Assembly (NCBI GenBank): GCA_002633005.1
Contig: NMRA01000242.1
Span: 532,868-596,867, forward strand
Source of the DNA: Phoronis australis
Lineage: Eukaryota; Animalia; Phoronida
Direction: 5' to 3'
Length of the DNA: 64,000 bases
Shown here: piece by piece, positions 26,113 through 38,720 of the stretch
Numbering within the stretch: position 1 is the first letter of the stretch
How the letters are laid out: each line of letters opens with the position of its first letter
The notes under the pieces: model-generated
What the model was told of the DNA's origin: nothing
Database searches by the model: none
The model's input: only the letters and a program-made list of their open reading frames with translations
Made by a program: the position numbers and the translations under genes

Positions 26113-27831
26113 TTGAGTGCCTTGGTTGGCTAAATATTACGCGGAAGAGCTTGAATGTCGTGGTTGGTTAAATATTACGAGAACTTTTTTGAGTGTCCTG
26201 TAAGTTCATGTTCATTCGATACAAAGTTCGTCTTTTTCCGTGTGACGTTATCATGTACATTATTACTACATAAAGTAATATTAAGCTTTTACTCCGTATT
26301 TGGCTGATGATAAAAATTTTGAATAAATTGAAATACTTAGGCTATCTCGTCAAGCTCCGACATTATGTGAATAGGTACTGAAATCTTGGCAATCGTGCCT
26401 ATCGCATCTCCCGTTCAATGTACTCAAAATATGTCTTAAATCGTTAAGTTTGCACTTTTCGAACAAAGAATTAATTTCTATACCACTGCAATGACAGTCT
26501 TGCGGTACAATGATCTACATGTAGGCTACAATAAATATATGTTAAACTACAGGTGTTTTTATATGGGTGTGTTATTGGCGGAGGTTGATGCGCCGTGTGA
26601 GTATTTTGACGAGGTTGAAAACCACATACTCTTAGATCTAACCCCAATTTCTCTGAGCCTTAATTTATTCCTCTTTGGCCAATACGCATAGAAACACAAC
26701 GACACTGCAAAGCTAGCTTGCATTTTGATGGAGTGGCAGGTGAGCGGACAATAACTGAGATTGTATTCTAAACACCTGTTTCACTGGCTTTTGTGAATTT
26801 TATGGATTTTTATTTATTGTCACCAATTTTCAGTTTATCTCCGTTTCACTCAGTAGTGACTGTCATTCGTAATAACGCTGTAGTTAATTCGACCTAGTAC
26901 TTTGATGCGTTCTTGGTTTCGGCTTTGGTCCCGAGTTTATTTATCAATGATATAACTTATAAATAAAATGTTTTAATTGACTTTAATTGGATATTACTAC
27001 TGTTGTTTTTAATACAACAAAATAGTTAAACAGAACGTTTGTGTAGTTGCCACAGCAGTTCACAATGACCAGTTTCACCGGCTTTGTTTACAAGCTGTAG
27101 TGAACGGACGAGTTTGAGGAAGGAATGACAATGATGGTCAAGAGGCAAAAAACGTTCGTTCATTGTGAGGAGAATTTGTGATTTTAATTACCAAATGGTC
27201 TCCAGTGTATTGCATTTGCTTAGTTTATTGAATGTATAGTAAATGTAAATGCACGTAATTTGTTCATCTTAAACCATGTTTGATCTCCTTGAAACTTTAG
27301 AATTTCAGCCGTAGAAAGTACTTCTGTCTTGAGTCACATAACGATGGGTATTTTTACGGTCACGTGACCGTATGAAAACTCTTACTGCACGGACACGTGG
27401 CAAGGTTATTTGACTGCACGGCCGTATATCGGTACGTATGTTGTATATAGGGAATCCTACACGAGTCTCAGGTTTATAGCGTGCGTAAAACCACTTGGAA
27501 ATTTCGTCTCACATGAACCGTAAAAACGATCTTTTTTGCCGAAAAACTCAATTCTAAAATTTCAACCACATGACGCAACTTTTGTAAAGACACGCTTGCG
27601 CAATGTAAAGTAATGCAGTTGTTTTTGTCAAAAGTTTTATTTTAAGCAAAGCAATTGAAAATTGAATTCAACTTTCATAGCAGATATTCAAGTTAGAATC
27701 TAATCGTCTTTGAAGTTGTTATATTAAAATTTAAAAAAATATATAAATAACAGTCAGCAAGGCTTCCCAGCGTGTGAGTACTGAATTGACCTTGAAACAG
27801 CACAGCTACACAGTCTCGCTGCGTTTCTTAA

Positions 27832-29258
27832 AGGCGCAGGCAACACTTTTCATGTCATTTTTAGCAAAAATAAGGTGCGTTGATGATCTCAGACATATTT
27901 TTCACTTAATCACAGCTTTTCGTAATTAATTACTCGTCCTCTACTCCGGATGCAACGTTTTGGGAGGAAGAATTACGCGCCAATTTCTTTTCATATAGTA
28001 TGACTGTGAGAGCTGTCGAGTCAGTCATCGCTCTACCTCGGTTGTGGCAAGTTCGTTCGTCACTTGCTTTTGTTTACGAGTCAGTCAACATGTCACACTG
28101 TGTACCAGGATGTACTCATTATCATCTCAAGCGCGCTTTGAAAGTACCTTTGCATCGCTTTCTGAACGATGACACACTTCGACGTATTTGGCTCGTTCGT
28201 GTGAAGAACGCAGCGTTACCCGTCCACGCAAAGTTCAAAGCAGTGAAAAGTTCCCGAGTATGTGGCAAGTATTTTGTGCCGTGAGATTACGGGAGAGATA
28301 TGCACGCTTAATTGATGATGGTCCCTTCGACGCCTGAAGAAGGGTGCCATACCGTCGCTGTTGATTTCCGGCAGTGCCCCGTCGCCATCCCCTAGAAGTG
28401 CGTTTTTGAAGCGAGAAGCCTCGCGAGCTGTGGCCACTACAGTGACTGGATGCAAAGCTTCATCTACTATCAGCCGTGCCTCCGAACGTACCTCCAGAGC
28501 GTGCAATTACGGAACAAGCAGTGATTCGCCCTGTGCTGTTGTCTCTAGCCCAGAGCCTGTAAGCAGCCCTGCAGCTTCGACACCCAGTGAAGAGGACAGT
28601 TCGTCGTCCAGTGAACTGATCGGCGAGCCAAACTTTGATAAGTTTATTGTGGACTTGTCTAAAGTATTGGAGCTATTTCTACGGTGCCAGGTGTGTGACA
28701 ACGGAGTCACAACGGCAGGATGTAAGCAGTCTGGGTGCTCAGGTCACCATCCAGTGGGAGTGTGTCGCGGGACACTCGGGCAAGTTCTGCCTGTGCGTAC
28801 TCTGCCTCATTATACTCGGGCTCAAACATATACCCACCCACTGTCCGTGAAAAAATTCCTCGTCACCACTGCTATGACCAATGTCTCACCACTGTCACTG
28901 TGGTATGGGTTGAAGACTCCAGCCACTATCAGGTTACTACAAACTAAGCAATCCCTAAATCCAACGTAATTTGAGTTCTCTAACAACCTAGCTTGTCGTA
29001 GAATACTCGTCGATGGGAAGTGGTGACGACAATTTTAGAAAAACAGCACGAAAACAAAAGTAGTACAGACTCTCACAGTAAACTCAAAGCAGAACCAAAC
29101 TGGTGCGAAATTCTTGCCTCCCAAAATGTCACTTCCGGAGTAGAGAACGAGTAATTAATTAAATTACGAAAAGCTGTAATTAATTGAAAAACTGGTCTGG
29201 TAAAGTCAACGAACCTTACTTTTGCTAAAAATGACATGAAAAATGGTTGCCTTCACTT
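27832..29258 (+). mobile_element. Kolobok DNA transposon, internally deleted (family 1, copy 2)
   Basis: TTAA at 27828-27831 and 29259-29262. Same TIRs and THAP remnant (MSHCVPGCT...HRF..W..VCGKYF) as copy 1, with a larger internal deletion at about 28785. Confidence 0.88.
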
Positions 29259-29536
29259 TTAAGTAGGGCTCGTCTCCGTTTGAGTTAACGTGGATATGGA
29301 GTTCCCAGCCGAAGATGGATCCGTTTAAGAAGTTGTTTGCATGTCCTATCGACTGGGAGTACGTGCTGTTGCGATACCCGATTTGTCAATCATAACCTTG
29401 TCACCTTTTCGGAATCCCGACATTGTTTGGTTGGCGTGCATCTGGCTGTTAAAGTGTTTTGCAGACGATAAAATGTAAGGCGTATGGCTTTCTACTTTGG
29501 GATTCGACCATGTAATATCAAAAAAATTACTCGGTG

Positions 29537-29780
29537 TTATACCACAATATTAGCGTCAAATGGCAAATACAACCGTGCAATAACCCATTTAGTTATCTCA
29601 CTAGTGAGATAACTAGTGAGATAACTAGTGAGATAACATTTTGGCGGGAAACCGAGGCCGGTTTCGAACACGGGCCTCAAAGTTTCGTGTCGCCGACTTT
29701 ACCACTACACCGCTCAGCGGCTGACGTCATCGAACGTGAAAATAGAATACTTAAACGAGCACGCGCAACAATCACATGTT
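29537..29780 (-). mobile_element. tRNA-related dispersed repeat with a gttatctcactagtgagataac palindrome (copy at 62071-62270)
   Basis: The minus strand has A box ggtgtagtggta and B box gttcgaaacc. The unit actagtgagata is triplicated here and single in the 62071 copy. Confidence 0.65.
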
Positions 29781-29806
29781 CGCCTTAAATCAGCTACAAT
29801 GGTTGT

Positions 29807-31975
29807 TGTCATAAAATCCGTGATATACTCATGATGTATTTTACTTAGTATGTTGGTTTGACAGTATTATTGATGCTATTGATATTATTACTGTACTAAC
29901 AGATTGTTTATGTTGTTAGTAACTTGTTTTGTCCTTCATCTGAGCCAGTGTCCCAGTCTGTGCATTCACACATTTTGATGAACTAGATTATGTAATTGTC
30001 ATTCACAAAATCTTTGCCTCAAGACAGCTGACCATTATCAAATATGACAACACAATAGAGTATTTGTTGTGATTGTTGTGAAAGTTCCTAGAGCTTTTAC
30101 TGTTATTTCCTGTAGAACCTTGCATCATGAAGTTTATTGCATGCAACCCACATTTGTAACTTGTATATAAACCGTTTACTTGTCTAATAAAGAGAGTCCC
30201 CACCTTGCTACTGTCACTTGCTACATGTATTACTACTGTAGTTGAGTGTTCTACACTTAGTTACTGAATACAACCATCTCACTGACGGACCGAGACAGTC
30301 AACACACAACACAACGTTGCTGCTAAGTACACGTCTACTCCTCGCGTTACAGTACATTTTTGGTGCCGTGACCTGTGCGAAGATGGACCCGCAACTGGCA
30401 AAACAGAAGAAAATACACGGTGCGCATCAAGGACTATTGACCAAGTTCATTGATCGTGCCACCCACTTTATGACCAACACCTCATGGGACCCTGTTGCTG
30501 ACCTACATGTAGAGATGGTTGTACACCAGATAAACGCCAAGCGAAGTCAGCCAGAAACTCTAGGTGACAGCAATGTCACCCTCATTGATGGCGAGGACGC
30601 CATGGAGACCATTTTCCACGCGACAAGGTTTACCGACCAGGCCAACACCACGTCACCAGCTAGCCACTCGACTCAGTCAGTACAACTCCCCATTTTCTAT
30701 GGGGACCATCTCTAGTGGATGTCGTTTTCTGACTCCTGTTGTGCTGATGTCGACTCAGATTCTTGACTAGAAACAGTCCAAAAACTGCAGTATCTACGTG
30801 CCCACATTGGCGACGATGCCGCCAATGCCATCGCTGGCTTCTAACTGACAAACACTAGCTGAGTTACGTAGAAGCCATGGACCTGCTTGATGACAGGTGT
30901 GAAAAATTTACTCTATTGATAAATGCCAGTGAACGCTTTGTGGGAAATCAAACCTCCACAACCAAATAGTGCCAGCCTATGCCTTTTTCGTGACAGTTTT
31001 GAGACCTACATCCGAGGGCTGACGACCCTGTTTTGCTGTGAGCGACATCCTGCGACTAGCGAAATGTTTTCATACCACGACACACGTACACCCAGCGACC
31101 AGGCGACCGCCGCCAAGATGTGCTTTTTGTAAACAAAGTCATGCGCCACACACCTGTGGTGTCATCAGTGACCATAAGAATCAAGTAAAGATTGTCTGCC
31201 AATACTCCATCTCTTACAATTGCTTAGGCACTCACCAGGTCAGGGACTGTCCGTCTATGAACACCTGCCGCTCGTGCCATCGCAAGCACCACACTACATT
31301 ATGTGCCACATTTTCGGGAGAAAATTCATAGCCCGACAACAAAATGAACCAATATCAACCGCCGACCCACCAAGTACCACTCCGAATGCCCAAGTTAACC
31401 TGACAGCCGCAGCAGAACCAGATTAAAATTATAGCTAGATATCCAGCTTTCTTTGTGGCGATGGGAGTGTCATGAAATCCGTGATATATTCATGATATGT
31501 TTTACATATAGTATGTTGGATTGATATTACTGATGTTGTCGACATTACTAGCAGATTGTTTATGTTTGTAGAAACTTGTTTTGGCTCTCAGCTGAGTCAG
31601 TGTCCCATCCAGTGCATCAGCACATGTTTTGACAAATTAGATTATGTAATGGTCATTTACAGAATCATTGGCTCAAGACAGCTGACCATTACTTAATGTG
31701 GCAGCACAACAGAGTGCTTCTTATGATTGTTGTGAAAGTTCCTAGAGTTGTTTACTGTTGTTTCATGTAGAACCTCGAATCATGAAGTTTAGTGCATTTA
31801 ATCCACACATTAGTAACTTGTATGTAAACCGTTCACTTGTCTGCTTCTGCTAATGCTATTGTAATTGAGTTTTCTACACTTAGTTACGGAATGCAACTTC
31901 ATAGAGGGACCAGACAGTCAACAAACAACAAAACGCTGCTGCTAGGTTCACTTCTACTCCTCGAGTTACACTACA
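29807..31975 (+). mobile_element. BEL/Pao LTR retrotransposon, internally deleted, both LTRs present
   Basis: LTRs at 29807-30356 and 31468-31975 (TG...CA); PBS tggtgccgtgacc; purine tract before LTR2; TSD gttgt/gtttt. The gag remnant has LPIFYGD and three Cys/His knuckles (CAFCKQSH..C, CLGTH...C, CRSCHRKHHTTLC). Confidence 0.88.
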
Positions 31976-31979
31976 GTTT

Positions 31980-32715
31980 TGTTAGTCACTCGCGCACGTA
32001 CAACTCGTCGGAGTTGGTCCCACAGTTGTTCCATAGGGTTTGGATCACGCACAGGGCGAAACGGTTCACGCACAGAGTGAAGAGAAAATAGCAGCGTTAA
32101 AATTGGAACTTGTTTAATTTACGTCAGATACCTCACAAAGTAGAGATATACAATACAAGAAGTTCAATCTGGAAACAAACCAAAAAACACAATAAATATA
32201 AGAAATAATTCCTGCATGATACAGTAAATAAACCATGTCCTGAGTTAAAATAATATCCACAAACTGTCATGTAAACCTAAAGTACAAGTCATAAACCCAG
32301 CGGATGTAAACAGCTAAGTACTGCGCCACACAATGAGCGGACTGAAATGAACATATTGTCATGAGAGCCCACCGGCGGAGGAAATCCAAACTACAGCACT
32401 AAAAACACATGTCTCTGAAGCGAGAACCTTCACTGTCAAAAATACCCCTATTTTAAACATAATGTGGTGAACTCTTCTTACTAGAGCTTAACGGACCCCT
32501 TTTAGCTAACTCATAACATGAGAGGGCCGGGCGCTCAACTGCATTTTTACTTCACTTAGTACTTTGTAGGCCTACGTCTAATCTCGTTGAGTTGCAGTCT
32601 TCAACTAACTGCCAGCTGTAAATACTCAACTAAAAACCACGTGGGTTGCCCATATATCTGACTCGAGGCTGTCACCTCCGAGCATAGTGACCCGAAACTT
32701 CCGGTGTTGACTACA
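31980..32715 (-). mobile_element. 3' LTR of the minus-strand Gypsy element
   Basis: On the minus strand, the PPT aaagaaaaaggggaagag is followed by TGTAGTCAAC...GTGACTAACA. Confidence 0.75.
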
Positions 32716-33095
32716 CTCTTCCCCTTTTTCTTTAAAGGTGAGGTACCCACTTAAAAGTCCAAAAACAAGGAGAGACTTTTAGTGCTCAATTCTAACACGA
32801 CCAGACAGAATTTCTGTCGCCCATGAGTATTAACAGTATGAATGTACCCAATCCAACCAACTTAAGTTCGAATCTAATAAAAATTTCTAACAAAAACTTC
32901 GTATGGTCACAATTTGACCCACTTCAAATATAGATTAGGTACTAAACTACAAACTAATAAAACAAGGCGAGGACTGAACTCCTGTTGCCTATATATACAA
33001 AACGGCGAGGAGCAAGCTCCTAGTGCCAACCATTCTACAAGAATGGCAACTCCTTAAAGGAGTCCACGCAGGTGGTTGAAAATAACCAGCAATCT

Positions 33096-34166
33096 TCAGT
33101 GCAGGAGAAGAGCAATGTTGGACACCTCCACTCCTTTCTTGTACCGATTCGCCTCTAAGATGTCGCAGGCCAACTTGAAGTTCTGTACATGTTGGGCTCT
33201 TGATCCGGTGATCACCAGCTGCTCTGGAGCCCAGGGACTGTGCGCCACCAGCTTTAGTACTTCCTCCCGTTCGACGATGGCAAGGTAATCACGCATCTTA
33301 TCCAATCGTCCCATTCAAGCCCCGGCTCGGGATAAGGTGGAGGTACCAGTTGTGTGAAACAGAGGAGGCAAATGCTCCTGGTAGACATGTACTCTCATTT
33401 GGCTATACCGCTCCCCACACACAGGACACTTCGGCAACCAACGAGAACCTCCCTGTGACTTTGGTAACCGGCGTGGTCTAGGCGTCCCACTCTCACTTGA
33501 GGGTCCTGGTGTCACGTTTGGCTGGTCTTCTATTCTAAGACGTAGTACGATTTTCTGTGAAGATTTGTCTTCAGTCCTCCTAGAGGGCTCTCTGGATCTC
33601 CTATTACCTTGGGACTGGGACCCATCTCTCCTGGGTGGGATGCTGGAACCGCCCTCAGACTTCTTTCGCAGAGGCTCTTTAGGGCAAACATCAGGAGGGG
33701 CGCTGGCTCTACCCATCAATCCTTTCCCCGTGGGATCTTTCAACCTCACCTCCACTGCTGCGAAGTTGACTTTGAGTGGAGACTTTGCGAAGGCCTCCGT
33801 CTCGGAACTAGAGGTTTCGTCCAGGACAATGAAGTCCGACAAGGAGTCAGGCTGTTGGGAATTCCCACCCAACTCAGACAATGAAGAGTCTAACTCCTGT
33901 GAGTTTCCTCCTGTGGCCTCCGACTTCTGGTCGCTCTGTCCCACGTCCCGCAGTGAGGAGTCCAACTCCTGTGGGTCTTTTCCCACGACCTCTGACTTCT
34001 GGGAGCCCTGTTCAGTAGAAGGCGAGCGGGAATATAATGTTACCATTGCTGGCAAAGAGGAGTCCGACTCCTTAGCACCTTCCTCTGCTGTTATGGACCG
34101 CCATGGTGGTGAAGGTGGTAGAGTGACTCGAACGACTTGAGGGACCGCTAGGCCAGCATCCACCAT
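33096..34166 (-). CDS. Extra ORF(s) between Gypsy pol and the 3' LTR (Ser/Pro-rich, C2H2-like finger)
   Basis: ORF 33315-34166 (283 aa) has G(K/G)(D/N)xQELDSSL repeats and CPVCGERYSQMRVHVYQEH. It continues in frame after one stop into 33096-33314. Confidence 0.55.
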
Positions 34167-34398
34167 AAGGGGTCGAACTTATGAAACATCCAACAACTCC
34201 CCTTAAGTCCACTCAGGACCCACCAAGGCCACGGAGACCCGTCTTAGCTTTTCCACGTTCTGGCCTAACCCTCTTCGGGTGGCCTCTCTGTAGAGCTCCA
34301 AAAGGAGGAAGCGTCGTGTCCCTCTCTTACCCCTGCCCTCACATCAGCTAAGAGATCAGTAACTTGGGTTTGTACACTGTGCTGAAATAAGAAACTGT

Positions 34399-35790
34399 CT
34401 ATCCACAGTGGGATAGTTTGGAACACGAGGGACAATAATAATCGATGTTCGCAAAATAATCCATTCGGTCATCATTCAGATTTACACAGTCGGTGTGGAA
34501 CCAGTCTTTGCAACCACGACACTCAATCATGCTACTACCATCGTAGGGTCTTCGACATACGCAGTAGAACTTGGCTTTATCCTTGATTACCTCCCGCAAT
34601 AATTGAGGATCCTGCATGTGGCTCTCTATCCACCCTGGTAATTGTCTAAACTTACAGGCGGTAAGCCTATCGTGATTCACCACAGTGATGCAGTTATGAG
34701 TTTTAACCTTATATAAATAGTCCGACAGCTTTTCCAAAATGATTGAGGGTCCTTTCCAAGGAGAAGTCAGCTTTTTGGATACTCCTTTAACAGTGGATGA
34801 ATCCAAAATTAACACTGGTTGACCGACTGAATAGATTAGCTTATACAATTTTAACATCATACGCCCGCTTCATGTGTTTCTGGGAAACTTGCAAGGCTTC
34901 TCTCGCCGTCTCGTGCTATTTCATTTGCTTCAACCAAACTGGCTTGGTAACTATCAGTTGATGTTGTTCCCTCTCTGGGGACTGTATAAACTAACTCTGG
35001 TGGCAACACAATTTCACGGACTAACATGAGATAATTAGGACATAAACCAGTATTCCGATTAACACGTGATCGTAGGGCACAGGCTATCTGTGGAATGAAG
35101 AGGTCCCAATCTGACTGCTGTTTATCCACGCAGCATAGCACTGCATCCATTAAAGTGCGATTAAATCGCTCACATTATCCGTTAGCACTAGGTCGCTAAG
35201 CAGTCGTATTAGATTTATACACTCTTGTTAAAATACATAGTTAGGTAAACAGTTCACTTTCAAAGTTTGATCCCCCATCTGTAAAGATCTGAAGCGGAAA
35301 TCCAAAACGGGAGAAGAAATGCTCCACTGCAGCCTGAGAAGTAACCTCCGCTGTCTGAAACCCAACAAGTATACACTCCACCCACTTCGTGAACTGCTCA
35401 ACCATGACTAAGATATGTTCCTTCCCGCGTGGAGTCACTGGCAATAGGCCTAACTCAGACCACACCTATCACAAGAGCCAATGTACTGCTTAATCGCCGA
35501 AGTCATACCTGGCTAATAATACTTAGCTTTCATTCTCTTAGTAGTACGAGCTACACCTTGATGTCAAGAGCACGTTATATCATGACTAATAGCAAGTATC
35601 TCTTGTCGTAATGAGGAGGGAATAAAGTAAACAAACTTATCGTCTTCTTTTCGCTTAAAGAAAACACAACCATCCTTAAGCAAAAACCGATCACGGTTAA
35701 CCCACAACGTTTTTGATTCCTTGCTAGCTAAAAATAATTCCCCTTCATCAGGATATACTCCCTGCTCTAACCAGGTCATCAACAATGATA
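34399..35790 (-). mobile_element. Gypsy integrase (disrupted) with a C-terminal PHD finger
   Basis: TPRGKEHILVMVEQFTKWVE...FGFPLQIFTDGGSNFES (rve core), DWDLFIPQIACALRS and KKLTSPWKGP, then YCVCRRPYDGSSMIECRGCKDWFHTDCV...YYCPSC (PHD). Confidence 0.9.
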
Positions 35791-36689
35791 CATGAGGATC
35801 TTTACGCTATTCCAAAGCAATATCTTTTCCAGCAGCTACCAATTCAAAACAAAAATTTGCGTTTCCGATCGCTTATCTACGCGTTCTCGATCGCATCTTT
35901 CAGTAGAAAAGTGTCGAAAAATCAGAGACGCTGACAAAACTACGAAAAATAAGCGTTGTGTTATATTTTCACAAGTCACTTCTTCATAACTTCATGGTCA
36001 ATTTATTGATTTAGTGCCAAAAATCACCGCAATTTGCCAAATTGACATACGAATCACCTTTGACTCAAGCGATGCCTCGTTCAACGTAACTTATCTCCAA
36101 TACTTGAAACAGACACCAGCCCAAACCTCTACCTGCCCTTCCTTAATGTGTTACGCCTTGAACTCATGTCTCTGTTTTCCCACTGGAAGTAAAAACAACG
36201 TAAATTCATTAAATTTACTCACTTTGCCTGGCTTCGCTTCTCGCAACCGGTTTCGTTCTCGATCGCTTTCCGGTCGTTCTCGATCGCGGATTGGCCACGG
36301 TGGGAATGAAGTAAAATCGCGTGCCAGAGTTTTTTGATACATGGACCAGATTTTTAGTTATTAGACGGAAAGTGACCAAATGGCAAAAAGTGGCGTGCTT
36401 GCCCCAACTCACACTCAAAAAATGCCGCAAAATCAAGATCATAATGATTTTGTACATATATTTGGTATGGATAAGTAGAATATTGCGTAAGGAAACAGTT
36501 GATGATAATCCCTGTGCATTTTGAAAAAAATTGAGGTAAAATTGGATTTTTTGAAAATTAAAAAATACGATTTAAAGAACGAACTACAATTTTTTTTTGA
36601 TCTTTGTCACTTTCAGAGTCATGTCTAACTAGTTAAAACTCCCTTTTTACTAATTTTAGTTGGGAACCTGGAGATTTGACCAGTGTATA

Positions 36690-38036
36690 CACCTACCTTA
36701 AGTTTGTTTTTTCATTTTCATCAAGCCTAGGACATGTTACCTCTTCTAAGAAATCACCTAAGTTATCACCATTAGTTGTCCTAGCTCTATAGAGATTTTC
36801 ATAAACGAGAGAAGTCTCCTGTATAATATCAGATTCACTACCTGTTTTTGTATTATCTCACTTCCACAGGAAGGGCATTTGTTTACTTGTAAAATGTGTA
36901 TTTTCTAAGTGTAAAATATATTTGGAGGGCGCTTCTCCTTCCTCGATCCATCTCGCTTTGGACCTGATCATATAGCCATACAGCCAACTGAGAGCGTTTC
37001 TCGGCAATGAAGCCAGTGTCCAAATTTTCTGCTTTTTCTTATTTATTAATTTCGTCTAAAGCATAGACTCTGATCTTTCCACGTGTTTTTTCAACTAAGT
37101 AGAAAAAGAAATGGCTGCACCAAGAATCTCCATCAGAAGAGTTTCTAAAAATAGTTGTTCATTAATACATAACTGCAGCTCACTGTGTGCAATGCTATCT
37201 GTGACCCAATCTTTATCATAGACATATTGTGGTTTAACACGCTATAAAACTTCTTTTACAAGAATAACATATTCCGAATTATTCAAGAGAGAATTATTAA
37301 ATTTCCAAAGTGTTTTTTTCTTCTATGGAACACAAAATTTAAATGATAAGGTTACCATCTAGTGATGTGTTCTATAACCAGTTTCAATTCTGGCTTCGTT
37401 TGACTCCGCCGTAAACATTATTAAGAAATCATAAAAAATCTAGACGGGAACGCTTAGTGCCAGATAGCCACGTAAATTCAGCACTACTAGGATTTAATTC
37501 GCGCCATGCATCAAAGAGAGAAATTTCGGAACCGATTTCCAAAACCATACCTCTTGATTTTGGATTATTTACATGGCGATAATTACATGTATCAAGTACT
37601 TCATTTAAAACTAAATTAAAATCACCTGTCCAAATAATCGGATGATTAGCATAGTCAACAATCCTCGCTCAAAGAAATCGGGATCGTCTTTATTTGGACC
37701 ATAAGTATTCACTATCGTTACAATTCTGTCATTTACAGCTATATTGAAAAATAACATATTGCTGTTATCATCTTGTTTTTTTTAATAAAAATGTGAATTC
37801 AAAATTGTTATTCAACAAAATAGCCACACTCCCGGAATTAGACTTGTATGAGCTAAAAACACATCCGCATCCCCAGGTTGACCTGATAAATTTCTCGTTT
37901 TTTCTGCAGTAAGTGAGTATCTAGCAGACAATAAATTGAGTATTTTTTGTTTAAGAAAGTTAAAAACATCTCTTCGTTTTTCATGGTGACCCAAACCTTG
38001 ACAGTTTAAAATCGCAATTTTTATGTGCTCTGACAT
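36690..38036 (-). mobile_element. L1/Tx1-clade LINE ORF2, APE endonuclease region, decayed
   Basis: IAILNCQGLGHHEKRRDVFNFLKQK, YGPNKDDP, GDFNLVL, DAWRELNP...FTW, SRLDF, WKFNNSLL and ARWIEEGEAPSKYF, spread over several frames. Confidence 0.88.
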
Positions 38037-38144
38037 AATGCTACTTGAAATTAACTAGTGAGTGGACCCTTATGATCAGCACCAGTTAAACTAAAGGACC
38101 TATTGCATAACATGGTAACCGCCGTGAGGATGATAAATTCGCNC

Positions 38145-38188
38145 ACACACACACACACACACACGCGCGCGCGCGCACACACACACAC
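38145..38188. repeat. (CA)n-(CG)n-(CA)n compound microsatellite
   Basis: acacac...cgcgcgcgcgcg...cacaca, seen directly, with one N just before it at 38143. Confidence 0.9.
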
Positions 38189-38414
38189 AACAAAGAAAGT
38201 AAACAGCGCAAGACAACACATTACACGAGGGCTAGTGCCCCCTCCGACTTCTCATAGAGTCCGTACGCAAGCTTGCGATAAAAAACTACAGTCTGTAAAT
38301 TATACCGCACCCGCCATAGTCTTCAAACGTGCACGAAAAAAGAAATCTCGAGCAAAAACACCACAATTCAAAAGCCCTCCAAATCCTTCGGGTCTTTCTC
38401 ATGGTGAATACAAT

Positions 38415-38720
38415 CAGTCATAAATGCGTCCGTCTCTGGTCCAGTAACTGTTAATCCGGGGTCCTAGATCTCTGACTGCCTTGAAAAGCACGGTTCTCCT
38501 CGGCGTAAGACTCTAATTGATAAAAATGCTAAGCCTACCCGCATCTCCTGACCACAGCGTTTTTCTATTCCGGATAAACTCTGAACCAGCATCATATGTT
38601 GTGAATTTTACAACAATAGGACGAGGCTTCTGGCCCCGAGGGATGACTTTACCCATTCTATGCGAGCGGCTAATATCTGACCTTTGGATGTTCAAGTTCA
38701 TCGGTCCAAGATAAAAGTGT
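38415..38720 (-). mobile_element. LINE ORF1 C-terminal remnant (upstream of the L1/Tx1 ORF2)
   Basis: ISRSHRMGK...KPRPIVVKF...IFIN*SLTPRR..LF...WTRDGRIY is a typical ORF1 RRM/CTD motif set. Confidence 0.8.

Noticed and set aside
33565-34140. 191-aa + strand ORF
   Set aside because: Antisense shadow of the low-complexity minus-strand ORF in the Gypsy element.
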